Shown here in pieces: positions 12,292 to 24,200 of a stretch of 64,000 nucleotides of DNA. The first letter of the stretch is position 1, and each line of letters begins with the position of its first letter. The stretch spans positions 124,001-188,000 of the forward strand of contig OZ281494.1 of the NCBI GenBank assembly GCA_965637545.1. The letters are read 5' to 3'. This DNA is from Phallusia mammillata (Eukaryota). A program made the position numbers and the translations under genes. The notes under the pieces were generated by a model that saw nothing but the letters and a program-made list of their open reading frames with translations, made no database searches and was not told the origin of the DNA.

Positions 12292-15200
12292 TTAAACCTT
12301 TGCTTGCTTGATCCATTTGTGTATGTGTTCAATTTCAATTTTGCGAGCCTACGACACACAAAAAAGTGCATAACTTGCATATGTGGGCATTATTATTAGG
12401 ATGTAGTCTTTCAACACAGTTTACTATGGTTTGGTGAACCTCAGTATATAACACACCTGTATAACAGCTGGTGGATCATCCGGGTTACTGTGTCTTAAAT
12501 CCAAGTGATGCGCTCCACCTTGGATATAAACAGCCACAACGCTGTCGGACACTGACTGAAGGACACCACCAACTTGCCAAGGGTCCAGCTCACCATTTCT
12601 ACATCAAGGCAAATGTAATATTAACAAAGTATAAAGTCTAGTTTAAAATGCAATCAATCCGACAGTAGCAGTTTCCCGGTGAACTGAGGATGAGGCAATA
12701 AACATTTGGTGAAATATGTATTCTGGGAAAATACTGTGTACAACGATTGATTCTGTTTGGCCTGGGTTTATATACTGGGTTTTGGATTATTATTGAAATA
12801 TTTTTCAGTTCACTTTGTACAAACAACTTCAAATTGCCAAACTAATAATGGAATGAAAGCGAGCTTTGCAGACCAAAGTAAAAGGTTAACAACCAAAACT
12901 GACTAATCTCATGTTGCGGGATTTGAAACTGATTTGCCACTATTGGTTATTCTATTCATATCTTGACCAACATATATTTGTATTTGGGGTTTTATTTAAC
13001 AAATACCTGAGTACTTAGCACACATATTGTTTTTAATTTATGACCCACAATGGTTGACAAGTTACATGCAATAATGTATTTACCAGCTGTACATTATTTA
13101 AAACATATTTTCAACTTACGAAAACACGATATTGCTCGCAGACTTCAAGTCACCTCCTCCATAGTTGGTTATCGCCCAATGTTCGCGAGGGGTTGTTCCA
13201 TATTTTTTACGACAATCTGTTAAAATTGAACAACATCAATTTTTGTTGGAATCTTCAAAATATCACTAAGTTACATGATGTGTATCTGAATGTTGGATAC
13301 AAAGCAGTGCTATTTTTATTGTTGTGTTTAACCCAAATTAGTAATACAGTAATTAGTACAATAAATTTGACTTTATCATCAGAATTAGTTGTATTATATG
13401 TTTTCATTGTCGCCCAATGTTCTTGAGGGGCCCTCCCATATGTTTTACAAATTCTGACAAAAGCAAACAACATCAATTTATGTTTATAACTCCTTGTTAA
13501 ATTGGTCTTGTTCACCATGCAAACTATTATTAATTGGAATATTTAGAAACTATCACTGATTAAGTATTAAGTACCGTGTATCTGAGTATTTGATATGAAG
13601 AAAGGCATTTTTATTGTTGTGTTTAACCCAAATCAGTTATACATTGATTACTATTGACCAAACCATTATCTTGCTTTATCATCGTATTAGTGTTAGTTGT
13701 AATATGTTTTTCCACATACTGGCAGTGAAGTTTTGAAAAGTCCAAGTTGTTGGAGAAAACATGTCATGAATTCCATCCGAACAAAACGGCATAACCATAT
13801 CTGTACAGGTCTGATAATTCCACAAACTAAAAAAACAATAGACAAAATAATATACACCAAAGTTGGTCATGTTATTCCACACATTTAACATACATTGATG
13901 TCATGTATATTATATTTATATGTTGTTACAATTTCATCAATTTACCACCTATTTTTGCATGTCACAATTAGGCAAACCTTTTAAATAAACTTGTTACTGA
14001 TAATGGCAATATGTTTAAATGCTTAGATATATAAAGGCACAATAATTGGACAAGGTTGAGTAAATGCAACCTCAGTAGCCAGCACCACATACACAGGGTG
14101 ACAAGTTTTTTTATGATTCATCCACATCTTTCAGTTGATCTAACCCATATATTCGACACAAAGCTGCCTACATTTTTTATAAAGACAGCACAATATGGGC
14201 TTACACAAAGCTTTAAGTGTTTGTTGTTCTTACTTTGTGGAAAGTGAAGTTGTTTCTGTGGAGCTTACATTGAAACAATCTGCCTTTCCGGTGTAGTTGT
14301 AGAAAACTCCCAGAGCATCTCGCATGGCTGACAACAGTTGAACTCCAGAAAGGTCAGCTTGTGATAAGTGTTGGCATGTGACCTAAGATTAACACAAACA
14401 AAATGCAAGGTAAATTTAACATGCCAACATGGAAACACTTTCGAAATATAAAGGTGATATTTAGTACCAGTTTGTTCTGTTGGTTGTAATTTTGTGTGTT
14501 TTGTGTATTCATATTTTACACATTTTAATAAAATCTAAAAAGGTTTGCAATTTTTAGTTAAAAAAAGAGATATATGTTTACACATTTCAAAGCGAATTGT
14601 TAATACAGGTTTGCACTTCAGGATAAGAATATCTCTGCTTCAATTTGTAGGATTTGTTTAGTTGATAAAAGTGTAGTTAATAAAAGCATCTTAACATCTT
14701 ACATCAATCAACACTTTTTTTTGCTCTTTGTGCATTGCATAAAAAATTTGTTGATTATGCCTGGAGGCAACAGTTTATTCATATTACAACAATAACTGGT
14801 GATGAGTCATTACATCACAAGCCCTCACATTAATTGGAAAGGCAGGCAGTGGATTGAGGAAGTTGTTGGGGTACGGGTAATCCACCATAGCTAGGTTACC
14901 GAACGTATCACTGATCCAGTCACTTAGTTTGGAGGCTTTCTTCAGTGGTTTGCATGTATGGAATATACTTGACAGTTTCCTACACAACAATGAATGTGAG
15001 TAAAGTTGAATTCATGACAATGCATTACAAATTAAATTTGAGACAAAGACACAATCATAAAAAAACATATTGGAAATCATTGTTTCGTGTGAAGAAACAT
15101 AAAGTTTCTTGAAAAACTAATTCTGGTTTCTACTTAAACAAACAAAATTTTTGCAGACATGTGACGGTTGAATGATAAAAACATTAAACAAGCTCACAAC

Positions 15201-17160
15201 TTATTTATTACACAACTGTTCAAACACATACTGTAAGCCTCCGGGCTGGCTTCCTGTGTCAGTCACGGTTTTCCAAACATGGTGAATGTTATTAACACAT
15301 TCTTTTCCGTTTGTTACCCGAGCGAAATCCTTTGTTACCACCGCATCGTAAGCTCCACAGTCAACATGGCCGGGAAAATAATGGACTGGTGCTGAAGCCG
15401 CGATTGCCCTGATAATAAAATATCCAGTGGTAGTAAATGTGGTGAAAGTACACAAGCTACAAACTGTTCTGTTTGTTATAAAGGACAGCTTACTGGTAAT
15501 TGAATGCATCAGATGGTAAATTTAAACCAAACAAAATCTACAATGTTTCATTTAAACAACAGTCATACAATTGCATTTTTTTGCTTTACCAAAACACAAA
15601 CATCGTGGTTGCAAATGTTGTGAAAGTACAAAAGGTACAAAACTGTTCTCTTTTTAACAAATAGTTGCACCAACAACTAATCTTTTGTTTAGCATTACAC
15701 CAGTTGATTGGCAAATTTGTTAAATATGCAACCTAGTGGACGAAACGCTTACTCCGTATTAACTGTTCTCTTTGTTAGGGCAGCTTACTGGTGGTTAAAT
15801 GCATCAAATAAATGTTAAAAAAATTAAGCAAAACAAAATCTAAAATAATTTGTTTTAATAACAATCATACAATTGCATGTTTTTCTTGCTTTACTCAAAC
15901 ACACCCGTCCACTATGTGTCCATATTTTATTCTCATCCAAGCCGCCAACATGCCACCATAAGATCCACCAAACGCAATAATAGGGTTGTTACCGTTTCCA
16001 ACTGTTGCTTTAATATGTGTTAGAAGAACTGCAAAGTCAGCCATCGCTTGATCAGCCGACAGTTGCACAAACTTATGGACAGATTTCTGAATAAAGAAAT
16101 TTTGAAACGAATAATATAATTCTGTAAATTAAATAATTTTGAGCAAAACTAGTTCTACAAATACAAAATTGTTGCTCCTAAAACAATTACGTGGATATTT
16201 ACAACAGTAAAACTGTTTACAAAATAAGAGCATCTAATAAAATAGGAGCAATAAAAAATAAATTAAAGTTTGTAAATAAAATGTAGCTAAAACTTACATG
16301 CAAAACTTGATAAAAAAAGTAATTTGCTACAAATTAAAATGCCAAAAAATTATAAATTATGGTATTTGGTTTGAAATGTTTTATGCGAATGCTTGCAGAA
16401 AGTGACAACTTCGTATTTAAACAGTGGACACAAAGTGGATTTCTTACAGGAGACACTTTTAGAGAAATGTCGTTTGGTGTCGATTTTCCATAATATCTGT
16501 GCTCCGCAAATACGACCAATGCATTAAATGAAGGTGCAATATCCCACATAAAACCCTGCAACATATTTTAAATTTATAAAGATTAGGTACAAAGATTTTT
16601 ACTTGATTTTTAGGCCCAGATAGTAGGTAATTTATGCGATTACATTGTTATGAAAATATTAGTACAGAAAAAACTATATTTTTAAGAAACATGCAACTAA
16701 AAATGTGTGATTTAGAAATAGTTACAGTATTGTTGATAAATAATTCAATCGCTCCCTCATTTCCAGGGTAAAAGAAAATTGGTCCGTCTTTCACAAAATA
16801 TTGGTCAGAAACAAAGTAGCGTTGCTGAAATGTGGCATCAATAGTTGGATTGTAGTGGTCAAGCTGAACAAACAAGAAAAATATGAGATAAATAAATACT
16901 AACAAACAAAATAGAAAAGTTTTTGGCAGTTGCTGAATAAAGAGTTTCACAAAACATGCTTGTCACACTGCAGTAATCTTTCAAGTATATATTCATACAA
17001 GCAAAATATTAGATTGCCAATTCACCTTTTGTTCAAACATGTGAAGTTTTGGATAGATATACTTGTCATTCTTTACAATCTTGTAAGCTTGACCATTCAG
17101 ACATAAAGTACAATGTAGTACAGTGACAAATATCAAATGACAAAATATAGTAGTTTTCAT
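12292..17160 (-). CDS. PRCP: Lysosomal Pro-X carboxypeptidase (peptidase S28), 11 coding exons
   Basis: Exons 17160-17026 (signal peptide [20 protein letters not shown]), 16863-16726, 16555-16457, ~16087-15906 (GGSYGG nucleophile), 15408-15232, ~14978-14832 ([20 protein letters not shown]), 14382-14234, 13826-13720, 13216-13120, 12598-12457 ([15 protein letters not shown]), 12348-12292. Junction phases are consistent where checked. GFMWD and NGELDPW favour PRCP over DPP7. Confidence 0.93.
13405..13453 (-). pseudogene. Partial duplicated PRCP exon 9 (pseudo-exon) from a tandem intron+exon duplication
   Basis: Reads [15 protein letters not shown] versus the real exon [17 protein letters not shown]. 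The flanking intron is also duplicated (13173-13404 vs 13405-13713). The acceptor is retained but out of phase. Confidence 0.75.
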
Positions 17161-18202
17161 TGTAATAACTAATAATATTAACTGCAGAACGCTGAATATA
17201 CAACTTTAATGTTTATCAAATCTTTTGCAAAATAAAGTTCTATAGTCTAAAACAGATATAGAATGTTCTAATTCATTAATCCTAGATACAAATGCAAAGC
17301 TTCGAACTTCTTTCATACGACTAACGACGGCGTATAACACAATTACAAGAGCGTTTGAAAATTGTTGTTGATTGCATTCAATGCATTGTGAACGGAAAAC
17401 TGAAAACTGAATACCGTCCGCGAGTTCATAAACTACTAATTTGCTGATTTATGTTATTTCTATAATCAATTCTGTTTTTTTGAAGGTATATCAGGGCACT
17501 GGACAATTTAACAAACTAAATTTCGAGGAGTTTAGCATTTCTTAAATATAAAAATGTGTTGAGTCATACGAAATTTAAACTGAAGGGATTGTCCCATTTA
17601 AATTTTGATGACTCACCTTACGCACATCTGCGCTGAAACTGAGCACGCTAAGCTGAATTTCGAAACTTGTCGCGAGTGAGCTATTCTTTATCCACTGTCT
17701 TTGCACCGTATGGCACTTTAAGTAACGGATGTGGTAGGTTTAGCAATTTTAGAAAATGGTTAGAGGTTTTAGTTGCAGTTTTGTGTATTTGACATGCATT
17801 GAATTTGAACATTACAGCATGGAATGGAATTGCGTAACCTTGGAAATTGAAATGTAGATACCATTAGTTTTTATGTAACTGATAAGAACAATCCAGAAAC
17901 AATCAATTCTATGCTAATTTTTCAAATATATTGACAAAATCAAAGGTGTTGGTTAATTTGCTAAAAAGTGCACTGCTTAATAGCAACCAAATTTGCTTGT
18001 TTCAAAAACATTTTTATGGTAAATTGTCAATTTGCTGATGTGTAATAGAACTGCTGAAATATGATTTTATTTGTCTCTATATTAATTAAAATTCGCTTAA
18101 TTTTAACTGATTCAAACTTTGCTATTTTATTTTGTCAGTAGACAGTTCTCTAACTCAAAAAATAAATATTATAAAGTAGTGCTAGTTTGGAAGCCTTTTA
18201 AA

Positions 18203-21200
18203 ATGGATGAAGCTAAAGCTACAGTCCAATTCCATGTTGGTTCTCTGGAGTCGAACTCTTCAACCTCTTCAGCCGAATCATTAACAGATGATCCAGCGGA
18301 TGGGAAAAAGGGAAAATCTGAAAAGGCAGTTGCTCAAAAGGAGCTTTTGTTCAATAAAAGGTGAGGACAATAAGTATGAAGAAATGTGCAAATATGATAC
18401 AGTACCACTGCAAAGTTTGTTGCAAATATGACCCAGTGGATTATCAAACTTGCTTTAAACAAGAACAGCTACGGGTTAAAATTAATTTCTTTGTTCTGTT
18501 TTTAACCAAATAAAATTATACCAACAAACTTTGTTCAAATAAAATTTTACCATGTCTCACAAAATACATTTGTATGACTTGTAACTTTCATACATGTAAT
18601 TTTTTGTGTATTCCCAATATTTTCCAAATGATAAACAAACTGAGGTGGTTACAACTGTTGATTATTATATGAGTTGGTATGTGCTTGTTTTTTTACATCC
18701 TGCAGTAAGTGTTCAGTTTTAAGGGAAGGTTTTGACAAGGCGAATAAAATAAATTATATTAGATTGAGACTGATCGGAAAACCACCAAATGTACAGCACA
18801 TTTTTGGGTCAAACTTCCATTAAAAATATAAAAAAACTTGATATGGCCAGTTTCATACAAATCAAATTTAAGCTAATGTGTGAAAAGTCGGACTTTGGAC
18901 TCTGCACAGTAGAGGAATGTAAAGGCTTCTTAACGTTTGTTTGCCCAAGTAATAAAACCTGCGCTTGTATCATCCCTGTGGTTTAACCGCCCCGCTATAT
19001 TACCCTTTCTGTTTATAACTCGCTATGGCAGCAAGGAAACTAATTACTTCGTTACTTTCGATCGTTTTCACTCAATACGCGGAAGCTTGCTTTTCTGTCT
19101 ATTGTCTATGCTGCTCCATACAAGTCGTTTCGTTCGTATCTTCCCGTTAGTTTTGTTGCTTCAACGAGTCTATATGACACGCTCGTGTGTCGGGTTGATG
19201 AAACTTATCAAGTTATCTGCGTAAAGGCATTTTACCAGTTTCTTGCCATCTACCGTGGTACAAACGGTATTTGTGTGAACCACGTAAGTTCTTGGCAATC
19301 ATGGTGGAGGTGCGCTTCTCCTCAGCTGTTGGGCACTTAAGCCATCTCTTATAAATTCTTGTACTGATGTAAACCATAATCACGTGAACAGCGAATCACA
19401 TTACGGCTGAAGGTCAAACAGACGTTGATAAAACTGTTTTTGTTGTAAACCCATTATTTCCATTGGCTTGCCTAAAACACTACCACGGTGTTTGAAACCC
19501 CATTACATTTTAATTCAAACTGCTTTAATCGGAAGGAGACGCACATTTGGCACATGTTGCTAGGATCTATATTTGTTTGTGTTCGCTTGGAAGAAATTAT
19601 GCTGTTTTCTGAAATCGTCACACAGTTACCAGTTGTGCGCTGTCCGCCATTAGTTGGCAACAGAGAGCAAATATTTTCGTGATGGTCGAAATCCAAACTT
19701 ATCATGCTTCTTCACTCTGGTCCGCACCGGCTCACGTGACTGACCTAACGTAACCTCGTATGTTAAGCGTCATCCAATTGTCATTTCATTCAACTCCGAG
19801 CAATGAAATGACACGTTGTATGACTGGAACACGAATATATCGCACGATTGTCTGACTGAAGCCGAAAGGTTCCAATTTGCAGACAGAAAACGGGTTGAAG
19901 ACACGTGATCGTGATGTCATGGTTGTCATGGTAAACGCCCTTGAATGGCATGTTACGAGAAATGCTCAAGTCGAGTGGTTAGTATTGGACAGTGAGTTTG
20001 GAAACACAAATCTACAATCAACACTTGAAAAAACTTTATCGAAGGCGGAGTATCTATTCATCGTTGTTGAGTAAACCACATTTGTCTCGTGTGAATGGCC
20101 AAAAGTAACCCCGTTCTTTGGGGATAGTCGGCATTGTTTACTCATCAGCATGATATATAGAGAAGGTAGCCAGTAGAACACGGTCAAAATCACTCTAGAA
20201 TCGAAACGAAATCTTGTTTACCGTCTGAAGGCCGAGACAATGAAAGTGGTACAACAGAGCCTGGTTATCACGTGATGGTTACCCGACGGTGACCATGGGA
20301 ACGCCCCTTGAGGTCAACGTCTGAATGTTAAGAGGTCAGCGAACCGGTTAGCATTACTGGTTACTGTCAATGGACTTTTTGTAACAGAACCGGCTGAAAA
20401 ATATGAGTTTTGTAACAGAACCGGCTGAAAAATATCACTTTTGTGATAGAACCGGCTGACAAAAAATTTAAATCCCACCCCTGACTTAGTTCCGGTTAAA
20501 GGTGGAGACTTGAATTGCCCAGCCCCCAAACAGCTGTTCGTTTTTCCGCTAATTTTATAGCCGCGTAAATTATTTAACTGATAACCCTGAAACGCAACTT
20601 TTTATGGCAAACTGATTACCGTTTCGAAATTATCATTGAAATGTTCAAGGCTGACACGAATTCATATTTGAGTAAAATAACGTGATTGTTTGTACAACAG
20701 ATTTCTCCTAAAGTCGTTTATGTTTGTCAATTGGAACGTCTGTCTGTACTGGTGGTCGCGCAGTGCTAGGTTGCTTAGTTACCTTTTCTGTTTGTTTTTC
20801 TCGTGTCACCTGAAAGATGACGAACAGACACATGCTGAAAAAAAACATTAGATGCCATGTAGTTTTTAAAAAGGCCAGTTCTTACGGAATAAAATACATT
20901 ATTAAATTTATCGGATAATAATGGGAAACATTTTTTACAGTTCTTGCACCTAAAAGATTACTAAATGTCAATATGTGTAACATATTATGTCAATCTATCA
21001 CTATTGACAATTAACTGCAATTATATCGTGACATCATTAATTCGTTAACCAACCAGCAGCCTTTCATCGTGGCCAGCGCCGGCCGTTGCGAGGTAACTGC
21101 AGTTTATATGCCGTGCGCAGTAGAGTGTGACCACCACGCCAGTTAAGTTTACTCCAGGTCATACGCTCGCCAGTTTCAACCGCAGCCGAGAAAAAAAGGG

Positions 21201-24200
21201 GGCGCCCGAGCTATGACAACCGAGTCCAGGTTTTTGCAGCGACTGAGAGGGGTTTATACGTCGCATTTGGCTGAACTCTAGCCAAATGCAGGGTTACTTT
21301 AGGTTATTTGGGCCCGGCGTATTAATTCAAATATGACGTGATGTCAAAACTAATGTTGCGGCATATAAGGTTTGGTCAGTTACTAATACTAGTAGTAAAG
21401 TAGGCTTCGGTTTAGGCGTGAACTGGTTCTTGCAAAGTTAGTAAACAGCAGTCGATAAACAGGTAAAGTGGAATTGTAGAGCCTAGTTTAATTGCTTATG
21501 ATTTGTAAAATTGCCATGACAATCGGTTATAAAAACCGAACGTCAAAATTTGTAAAAAGTAAAAGGTATTTTGCGTTTATAGATACCTCAAGTTACTGAT
21601 GCTGTCTTGATGTGTTGTGGTATTGTGTTTGTTACATCACAATAACTAGGGTACAATCTTAATTGTTTCGTCACACTGCAGGATGTTGTTTGTTTCATTT
21701 TTCCGACAAATTGTTGAAGTGACATATGGTTTGGTTTGGTGACTTCTGTACAAAAACACCAACAATAGTTTTTACTGTATGTTTTTACTGTAATTCAAAG
21801 CCAGCGGAATGAAATGGTCGATGTAAGTTGAATAACGTACTTCATAATAAAATTCACAGTTCATGGCGATCAGTTGCTTTTGAAGAGCAGTTTGGCGCTC
21901 ACAGCCACCCTTTTCCGTTGAGTTTGTTTTTGCACGGTTCGTTGCGCATTGCGTTATAAAGCTCCGGGGTTAAGAAGGTTCGAAACTTATTATTGTCGCT
22001 CGTTGTTTGCTGGAATAAAGAATAAAGTTTCGAAAACAAAGTCTTGTTATTTGGGTTCGGCGCGAGTTCTTAAAACTCAGAAAAAAACAACTTCGACTTT
22101 GTCAGTGACCGCTTTGTTCATAAGAAGGTGTATTTTTTGTGCGAGTTTTTGTTTCAACAAAATTATAGGTAAGTTTAGTTGCGCCCGCTTTTCAATCATT
22201 TAAGCCTTAAATGATGAATTTTTTTGCTTAAATTTTAAGCAAAGAAAAATTGCGCAAGCGCTGGCTTCGACAAACGATTGTAGAGTGTCCATTGTCAAAT
22301 GTTTGCTGTTATTAACCGACAGAAAAAATAACGGTGTCGCGAAATTGAATCTGTTACTTGCGCTGTCAAGAGATTTTTTTCTGGATGACTGGTTGTGGCC
22401 GATGGTCTTGGTAACTATTGCGTCATACTGAGTGAGATCGCATTGCCGTTGGTAAAATGATCTGTAATTACGAACAGCCGCTGTAAGTTCGAAAGCGTGT
22501 AAGGTGATGTCGCTTGGGCTTAGCTTTTCCACATTGTTGTTGTGTGGCATGCGCTGAACGCGTGATAGCGGTGATATAAACGATATACCGGTAATGTTTG
22601 TATGCTGGGTTGGGGCAATACTCGTGAGACAGGAGTGATTCACACTTATGGCTTGAGTGCTTTACCAGGCGTGATCCCAAACAACTTTGTTTGTTAAAAC
22701 TCAAATTTCCGAATCAACGCGACGTTTACCATAATGTTTGCCTTACCTGACAACCGTATATAAGCTATTGCTGCCGGGTTTATAGAGCTCTTCTGGCAAA
22801 TGTATTTTATTCCGACGGTTTACCCTGATGAAGACGACCGGTATAGGACGCCGAAACGTCGAAATAAAAATACTCGCCAGAAGAGGTCTATAAACCCGGC
22901 AGCAATAGCTTAGCTTTAAATTTGATAACTATCTAATAAGATAGTATAGTTCGAGCTTTATGTTATACTTATACAGGATTATGCCATTTAAAATCTGTAC
23001 CTTTGATAACTTTTGATTTCTGTCAGAAGTCTTGCAAAATTGGTAGATTTTAAAAGCGTGTAAACGTGTCGTGTGTTTGATTTATTGTCCACGCATCTTA
23101 TTGTAATCGACATGCGTCAAAGAAAATCGTGTGACAACTAGTGAAGCGTTGGGTCACGTGTCTGCTCGTTTTATGCAGCAACCCTAGTTTTCTTGCGTCC
23201 ACCGGAAATCACACCGCGTGCAAGTTATGACGGTATGTTTTCGTTGCAGAAGCTACAACGCAATACACTGTATCATGTATTACTTGTAAGGACAACGCAA
23301 TAAGCACGAAATGACAGCATCTGTCTTGCCTGAATCGCACGGCGTCAACCCTTTCTCGTGGTTTCTTGTCAACGAAAATGAGCCCGACCGCTTTACAGGC
23401 CACCAACATTTTCATTTCCACAACACAACAGCAGCTACAGTACTTTCTCAGTTGAGCAGTATGACTAAAGGCGAGGCTAGCAGGACATCTAGCGGCGATG
23501 ATATCTTCCCGTTGCTACATGAAAACTACGAAGTTCTTGCATCACGAAGAAAGTCAGATCATGAGATCCCAGTGGCTGCAGACAACAGCACGGAAATTGT
23601 TGTAGCGGAAGCCATAAGCAGCGAGAGTGGTCGGTCATGCGTTGACAGCCAACAGCAAGAAAACCACGACGACACTCCTTGGTCGGGATTAACCGGTTAC
23701 ATCAAGAAATGTAAACAACGCAAGCGCTACAACTGCCTTCGTTGCGGGTCACCACTAGAACTTACCAAAAAACCCGCCGAGAAGTGTCGCATTGAAGCAC
23801 ACAACCAGATACAACGCAGCAAATCATGGCCAGGTACCTCAACCAGCAACGTCGATATAGCCAAGAAATCTCCTGAAAAGCAAGTTTACAAGTGTGGTAA
23901 CTGTGGGAAGCGCTACACCGACTTGACATTGTCAAAACGACTCAGAAAGCGATCGTTTTTCGCGCGCCGGATCAACGGGGTTCGACGGAGTATTACTTGG
24001 CCCTTGCCCATGGATTGCATTGACGAACTTGAAGAAAGCGAAGACGCCGTCACGTCTGTTACGTCACAAGACGGTGGCGATGACACGAATCAGTGGGTTA
24101 TTGTTAGACAACAAACGTTTTTAAAATAGAAGCCTTTTTATATCTCGGTCTATCACCTTGCTGCATAAACCCTGGATTCCACAAATGCTGTTGTTCAGAA

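Noticed and set aside
18900-19705. Minus-strand gene in the GC-richer island
   Set aside because: The frames I translated contain frequent stops and no recognisable domain; better explained as non-coding or regulatory sequence.
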